A DNA stretch of 64,000 nt from an uncultured Brevinematales bacterium (GTDB lineage: Bacteria; Spirochaetota; Brevinematia; Brevinematales; JAOACQ01). The notes below the pieces were generated by a model. It was given only the letters and a program-made list of their open reading frames with translations. It was not told the origin of the DNA and ran no database searches. The stretch's first letter is position 1; every line of letters begins with the position of its first letter. The position numbers were made by a program, and so were the translations under genes. Below, one piece after another: positions 58,930 to 64,000 of this stretch. Where the stretch lies: positions 5,238 to 69,237 of the forward strand of contig CAZHNM010000014.1 in assembly GCA_964533855.1 (NCBI GenBank), written 5' to 3'.

Positions 58930-60099
58930 TTAAAAAAATTCCCGGATAATAAATTCAGCTATATTCCTTGCGCCGCCCCCAGGGCCCATCCTTTTTTTCC
59001 CTGCTTCTCCCCTTGCTTTTCTCTCAGCCGGATCTCCCATCAGCAGCAATAATTCTTTAATCGCATCATCCGGATAATTCCTGACAAATTTTAGCGCACC
59101 CCCGAGGAGCCTTTCCTGCTCCTCCATCCTGCGGACAGTCGTCTGAGGCCCCATGCCTTTAAAACCTATGATGGGTTTTCCCATACCGGCTGCCTGTTCA
59201 TTGGCTGTTCCGGCAAGACCTATGATAATATCTGAAATATGAAGGATTTCTTTGAATTGATTTCTGCAGAGCTGAACTTCCGCGCCATTCTTTGACAGGC
59301 TTGTCTTTTTATCATTACCGGCGAATTTCCATCCGTGAAGGGCCGCTTTTGCCTTTATTGGCCCGATATCAAGGCTTCCCGAAACAGCCGTGAGGAAAGT
59401 CAGCCCCCCCCTCTCCTGGACAGGTATATGTTCAATAAGATCAAGGATCATATTAAAATTATCGTATGCCTCGCTCCGGCTTCCGGGAAAAATTCCAATA
59501 ACGGGATTTTTATATTGTTGTTCAGGAAGGTTTTGAACCTCTTTTAATTCCAGGTCGTCCATCATGGGATTGCCGAGGAAAAGGGCATTTATATCTTTCT
59601 TTCTGAGATTGGCTGCTGTAAATTCATCGTGGGTAAAGACATAGTCCGCGGTTTTCTTCATATACCATCTTTCAACGGCATAATGGCCTTCTATGTAATC
59701 GGATTTTGCAGGGGCTAAAAATAGAATAGGGCAGTTTTTCAACGCTAAATTCGTAAGGAAAAGCAGTGAAATATCCCCTACGACAACGCAAAGGGCGCAG
59801 TCATCTCCGGCCTTTTTAACGGCTTTTACAAAATCGGAGAGAAGGGTCAAATGGAACAGATCTGCTATAAAGCCTTTTAAACTGCGGGTCGGAAAGCCCC
59901 CTGAAGGAGGTACATAAGATGAAAAGAGAAGATCTATGCCTCTTGAAGAATAATCCCTTCCCTCGCTGATCAGGGAAGCCCCGGAAACATCCATTTCGAT
60001 GCCTTTTTCCTTGAGCATCTGCTTTAGTTCAAGCGCGATAAGGGCTGCGCTCCTGTCTTCACCGAAGCAGTTGCTTGTAAAAAGGATTTTTTTTCTCAT
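58930..60099 (-). CDS. Lipid-A-disaccharide synthase-related GT-B protein (TIGR03492-like)
   Basis: LFTSNCFGED, PSGGF, VVGD, GNPMMD, FPGSRSEAY, GLAGTANEQAAGMGKP, GPQ, RMGPGG. Confidence 0.75.
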   Translation of the reverse strand: MRKKILFTSNCFGEDRSAALIALELKQMLKEKGIEMDVSGASLISEGRDYSSRGIDLLFSSYVPPSGGFPTRSLKGFIADLFHLTLLSDFVKAVKKAGDDCALCVVVGDISLLFLTNLALKNCPILFLAPAKSDYIEGHYAVERWYMKKTADYVFTHDEFTAANLRKKDINALFLGNPMMDDLELKEVQNLPEQQYKNPVIGIFPGSRSEAYDNFNMILDLIEHIPVQERGGLTFLTAVSGSLDIGPIKAKAALHGWKFAGNDKKTSLSKNGAEVQLCRNQFKEILHISDIIIGLAGTANEQAAGMGKPIIGFKGMGPQTTVRRMEEQERLLGGALKFVRNYPDDAIKELLLLMGDPAERKARGEAGKKRMGPGGGARNIAEFIIREFF

Positions 60100-60100
60100 T

Positions 60101-60853
60101 TTATGAGCCGGCAAATTCCTCAAAGACGCTGTCATCAATTTCAGCATTGGATGCCGCGTTTTGAATATCGTCATGATTTTCAAGTTCATCCATCAGTTTA
60201 AGGAGGGTTAACGCTTTATCCCTTTCAAGCTTGACTGTATTCTGGGGGATGCGTGTGACTTCCGAAGACAGGATAGTTACATTTTTGCTTTTTAAGCCCA
60301 GGAGAACAGCGCTGTAATCTTCAACTGCGGTCAATACTTCGATAACATCATCGTTTTTCTTGATATCGTCCGCGCCTAATTCAAGTCCAATTTCCATTAT
60401 TTCGTCTTCAGTATGCTTTGTACCGTCGACGGCAATATATCCCTTTTTATCGAACATCCAGGCTACGCTTCCCGATTCGCCCAGATTTCCGTTATGCTTC
60501 GAGAATATCTTTCTTATTTCTGCGGCAGTCCTGTTTTTGCTGTCTGTCGTGATATCCATGATGACTGCAACGCCGCCGGGTCCGTAGCCCTCGTATGTAA
60601 GCTCTTCGTAAACGACACCCTCGATCTCTCCTGTCCCTCTTTTGATGGCTTTATCGATGTTATCCTTGGGCATGTTCGCTTCCCTGGCTTTTTCAACCGC
60701 GGTTCTCAGGGCTGCGTTGGTATCTATATTGCCTCCGCCCCGCCTGGCTGTTATGATTATCTCTTTTACTATTTTAGAAAAAAGATTGCTTCGTTTTGCG
60801 TCCTGTGAGCCTTTTCTCTGCTTGATATTGGCCCATTTATTATGACCTGACAT
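60101..60853 (-). CDS. yebC: YebC/PmpR family protein
   Basis: MSGHNKWANIK, NMPKDNIDKAIKR, YEGYGPGG, RTAAEIR, GSVAWMF. Confidence 0.95.
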   Translation of the reverse strand: MSGHNKWANIKQRKGSQDAKRSNLFSKIVKEIIITARRGGGNIDTNAALRTAVEKAREANMPKDNIDKAIKRGTGEIEGVVYEELTYEGYGPGGVAVIMDITTDSKNRTAAEIRKIFSKHNGNLGESGSVAWMFDKKGYIAVDGTKHTEDEIMEIGLELGADDIKKNDDVIEVLTAVEDYSAVLLGLKSKNVTILSSEVTRIPQNTVKLERDKALTLLKLMDELENHDDIQNAASNAEIDDSVFEEFAGS

Positions 60854-60972
60854 GCGTATCCTCCGTCAATTAGGGTGAAAGATTTTAGCATATAAACCAA
60901 ATAAATTCAAACTAAACCAAGATATTTTCACCGCAGGCGCAGAGGGCGCAAATTCGCCGAATCATCTGATAA

Positions 60973-61001
60973 TTGAAAAACACAGGTTTCGGGGTTATAA
61001 T
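60973..61001 (+). promoter_or_regulatory. sigma70 promoter of the acyltransferase gene
   Basis: TTGAAA, 17 bp, TATAAT. Confidence 0.65.
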
Positions 61002-61036
61002 ATACTGCTAAGTTAAAGCAATACAAGGAGTAACCT

Positions 61037-61993
61037 TTGGCAAAACGCAAGATCAGCAGATTCCAGCGCTTTTTATATATACTCGAGTATGTAATCGTGA
61101 TTCCCCTGGCATTTATGCTCAGCCTGGTCCCCAGGGCAATAGCATTTTTCATCGCCAGGATTCTGGCAAGGGTTGTTTATCTTTTGCCTCTTCATTTCAA
61201 GGAGCTTTGCTTCAAGAGCCTTGACATAGTATTTAAAGACAAACCCTTGAACGAAGATGAAAAGAAATCTATTGTGAAAAGGCTTTACCTGTCTGTTTTC
61301 AGATACGGCGTTGAATTTATCAAACTTCGCGATATCAATGCGCGCAACTATGAGAAATTCGCCGTCCTGGAAGGCTATGAAAATATCGGAAAAGGCCTGG
61401 CCGCCGGAAAGGGATTGATAGTCATTACCGCCCACATGGGCAACTGGGATTACCTTGGAGGAATTCCGGCGATGCTCGGGCATAACGTAGCCGTAATAAT
61501 AAACAGGCAGTTCAACCCCTACACGGATAAATGGATGAAAGACCTCAGGGAAAAATACACGAAGATGAAGAGTTTCTACAACGAGGTAGGAGATCTCAAG
61601 AAAACCATGAAGCATATCAGGCAGGGCGGCATTGTCGCCTTCGTTAACGACCAGACTTATTACTTCAAACCTGTCTTTGTTCCATTCTTCGGGCTTCCAG
61701 CGGCGACTGCCGACGGCCCGGCCAGGTTCCATCTCCTGTTCGGAGCCCCCATTCTAATGGCGTTCAGCATCAGAAGGCCTGACGGCAAATATATACAGAG
61801 ATATGAAGAGCCTTTTATTTTTAAGCCTACAGGCGACATTGAAAAAGACTGCAGGGATATAACCGCATGGGTCCACAGGCAGTTCGAAAGGGTCATCAGG
61901 GAATATCCGGACCAGTGGTTTACAATGGGTCATGGAAGGTGGGAAAGGACCAAGCCGGAAGATTTCTATGACTGCGAGTGGGATCCGTACTGA
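61037..61993 (+). CDS. lpxL: Lipid A biosynthesis (lauroyl/myristoyl) acyltransferase family protein
   Basis: TAHMGNWD (HxxxxD), DQT..K..FVPFFG.PA, PDQWF..H.RW; TTG start after AGGAG. Confidence 0.85.
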   Translation: MAKRKISRFQRFLYILEYVIVIPLAFMLSLVPRAIAFFIARILARVVYLLPLHFKELCFKSLDIVFKDKPLNEDEKKSIVKRLYLSVFRYGVEFIKLRDINARNYEKFAVLEGYENIGKGLAAGKGLIVITAHMGNWDYLGGIPAMLGHNVAVIINRQFNPYTDKWMKDLREKYTKMKSFYNEVGDLKKTMKHIRQGGIVAFVNDQTYYFKPVFVPFFGLPAATADGPARFHLLFGAPILMAFSIRRPDGKYIQRYEEPFIFKPTGDIEKDCRDITAWVHRQFERVIREYPDQWFTMGHGRWERTKPEDFYDCEWDPY

Positions 61994-62002
61994 AGACTGC
62001 GA

Positions 62003-62278
62003 TCAATATAATTATATCCCATCGAAGAAGATAAACCGCTACCGCGCTGTAATCGAAAACTTGAACTGCATTGTTTCAAAATGGCTGCAAGCACAACTTA
62101 CCCCGATTTTCGGAATATTTCTAAATTTTCCATTATTTTTTTATTAAACTCTTCGATTTAATACCAAAATCGGGGTTCGAACAGCGTGCTTGCTTACCGC
62201 CATTTTTCAACAGCAGTTCTACGTTTTCTTCATAATGCGCGTCAGCGGTTTACTTCGTTCTGGAATCTATTATATTGA
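62003..62278. repeat. Diverged long inverted repeat between convergent genes
   Basis: Arms 62003-62110 and 62167-62278 share ordered blocks TCAATATAAT, TAAACCGCT, CGCGC, GAAAAC, GAACTGC, AAAATGGC, GCAAGCAC, ACCCCGATTTT. Confidence 0.8.
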
Positions 62279-62318
62279 ATTCGGAGTGGATTTCAACAGG
62301 TACTTATAATGCAAAGAA

Positions 62319-62867
62319 TCAACTCTGTATATCTTTTAAGACAATATCTAACTTATCCTTTAGTTCTATGTCCTGCTCAATTTTAATGATTTTACAGGAT
62401 AACTTTTTCATCCATTCAGAATGTTTGAACTTGCTTCTTACTTCCATTCCCCCGTTATCATACTTCCCCGCCCAATCCATAAAGTCAATATGGCTTTGAT
62501 GCATATCATTGCCGGGGTCAATCCTGCTTCCAAACCGTTCTTTTTCCCTTTTGATCAGCCTTTCAATCCTGGTTTCCTGCGGCATGTGCAGATATACTGC
62601 TAAATCCAGTTCAGGCAAAAATAAATCACCCCAATCCATCATTGATCCTGAAATTATCCAGGAATTATTTTTTGATAAATCCTGCCTCATCAGCCTTATT
62701 CTTTCTTCACATGTCCTTTTTTCTAGAAATGGAGGGTCGGTTTCTTCCCAGAAATATTCGTCAATATCGAACAATGGAATCCGTGTTTCCACCGATATCG
62801 CTATTCCAAGAGTTGTTGTTCCCGATCCTGACGCACCGAATATATGTATGTGTTTTAATTTAATCAT
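62319..62867 (-). CDS. P-loop kinase / AAA_17-18 family (adenylate-kinase-like, FlaR-related)
   Basis: IHIFGASGSGTTT, DIDEYFW, WIISGS. Confidence 0.85.
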   Translation of the reverse strand: MIKLKHIHIFGASGSGTTTLGIAISVETRIPLFDIDEYFWEETDPPFLEKRTCEERIRLMRQDLSKNNSWIISGSMMDWGDLFLPELDLAVYLHMPQETRIERLIKREKERFGSRIDPGNDMHQSHIDFMDWAGKYDNGGMEVRSKFKHSEWMKKLSCKIIKIEQDIELKDKLDIVLKDIQS

Positions 62868-63020
62868 ATATAATTCTCTTCAAATTCAACCCCCTTTGCG
62901 TAATCAGCATCATCTGCGAAATCTGTTTCAATCATTGAGCCGCTGCAGCCCTGTGGCCCTTCGAGTTCAGCAAGAGTTTGCGGCTTGTCCTTGAGGGAAA
63001 GATTTATAATGCATATATCG

Positions 63021-63054
63021 AAAAAAAGCCCCGCTCCGGTTAAAGAGCGGGGCT
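63021..63054 (-). terminator. Intrinsic terminator of the Ig-repeat gene
   Basis: AGCCCCGCTC-N8-GAGCGGGGCT followed by TTTTTT on the minus strand. Confidence 0.85.
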
Positions 63055-63072
63055 GAATTATCTTAAAGAAAC

Positions 63073-64000
63073 TTACTGGTTTGTATTTGTCGTGGTGCTG
63101 GCTGCAGGTGCAGGAGCGGCCATATTCGTGTCTATTGTTGTAGGTGTCAGATCTGCTTCAGGTATTGTAGAGTCTACAATCAATGTAATGCTGATCTCAG
63201 GGCTGATATTGCCGACGAGATCTACAGCTTTTGCCTTGATTGTATGAGTGCCGCCCTTCAGCTTGAAAGGCCCCTGGTAATCCATAACTATGCCGTCATC
63301 GACAGTATAGGTGATATCTGCAACAGCTGTTTCAGCATCGACTGCGTTGATCTTAATCGGTGTTGCGGGCGAAATATAATTGTTGCTGTTTGTTGAAAAT
63401 ATGGGAGCTACGTCAAATGTTACTACCGGCGGATTCATATCCATGTAGAATATGTAGGTCTGTTCCTGGCTGACGTTACCGACATTATCGGATGCCTTAT
63501 AGGCGATCTTATGAAGTCCGTTGGTCTGTATGCCTATAAAGGGTTTGTCATACGTTGTATCTGCGCCGTCGTCGAGCTTGTAGCTGATCCATTTCACGCC
63601 TGAATAATCATCTTCGGCATAGATGCCGAAGTTAACATTCGAGCTGACATATGCGATGTCCTTGATCCTTACAACTTTCCTGTCGCTTGTAAGAGTAACC
63701 TTTGGCGGGTTCTTATCAAGGATAAATTCATAATATTTGATCGGCGAAACGTTGCCGACGTTGTTTATGGCTTTATAGGCAATCATGTGCTTGCCGTCCA
63801 TAAAAAACGAAAGCGGATTGTCATAGATGCCGAACTGGGAATCATCAACCATCACATAAATGTTGCTGATGCCGGAGCCCTGGTCATCTTTGGCATCGAT
63901 TTTGAACTTGATATCCGGAGAAACATAGTCGATAGTCCCATCATTATAAACGAGCCCCTGTGTCACAAGGACCTCTTTCTCGGAAGTCATCTGGTTGGAT
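63073..64000 (-). CDS. OmpL47-type Ig-like repeat surface protein, probably truncated by the window edge
   Basis: Repeats of A.D..SG....Y.VD.....Y..P......H.I.YKA.D.VGN.S, D..PP.V; frame open to the window edge; Thr/Ala/Pro-rich tail. Confidence 0.75.
   Translation of the reverse strand, partial: SNQMTSEKEVLVTQGLVYNDGTIDYVSPDIKFKIDAKDDQGSGISNIYVMVDDSQFGIYDNPLSFFMDGKHMIAYKAINNVGNVSPIKYYEFILDKNPPKVTLTSDRKVVRIKDIAYVSSNVNFGIYAEDDYSGVKWISYKLDDGADTTYDKPFIGIQTNGLHKIAYKASDNVGNVSQEQTYIFYMDMNPPVVTFDVAPIFSTNSNNYISPATPIKINAVDAETAVADITYTVDDGIVMDYQGPFKLKGGTHTIKAKAVDLVGNISPEISITLIVDSTIPEADLTPTTIDTNMAAPAPAASTTTNTNQ

Overview
Bacterial chromosome window, by inference from a free-living spirochaete (Spirochaetota). 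The evidence is a spirochaete/trypanosomatid-type GAPDH, a PGK with the spirochaete-like insertion, a DUF4015-type glycoside hydrolase, the conserved hypothetical next to htrA and an OmpL47-type Ig-repeat protein. The left ~4.5 kb is one end of an AT-rich integrative element inserted at the 3' end of tRNA-Ser(GGA); its other end lies outside the window. It carries a tyrosine integrase with arm-like repeats, an XRE repressor with an unassigned C-terminal domain, and a perfect divergent sigma70 promoter followed by a structured terminator/antiterminator leader. It also has a lambda-O-like replication initiator with four internal iterons at 22-bp spacing and a plasmid-type ParA + RHH partition pair with a phased AT-rich array. 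The rest is core genome: ECF-like sigma/ZAS anti-sigma-metF-paaK-ACT, MCP, attenuator-controlled ilvB, manC-gap-pgk-tpiA, CNNM pair, GH10, pgm, gltA, NmrA/MerR, glgC, M23-bactofilin-STAS-lpxA-lpxB-ruvX, lpxC, rpsP-rimM-trmD-rplS-rnhB, htrA, wbaP, lipoproteins, yebC and lpxL. Notable non-coding signals are an Ile/Leu/Val leader peptide, a VNTR, a MerR-type 20-bp-spacer promoter, a sigma54-like site before lpxC, tandem palindromic operators on the htrA promoter and a ~275-bp diverged inverted repeat. All calls come from motif recognition by eye; no database searches were run.
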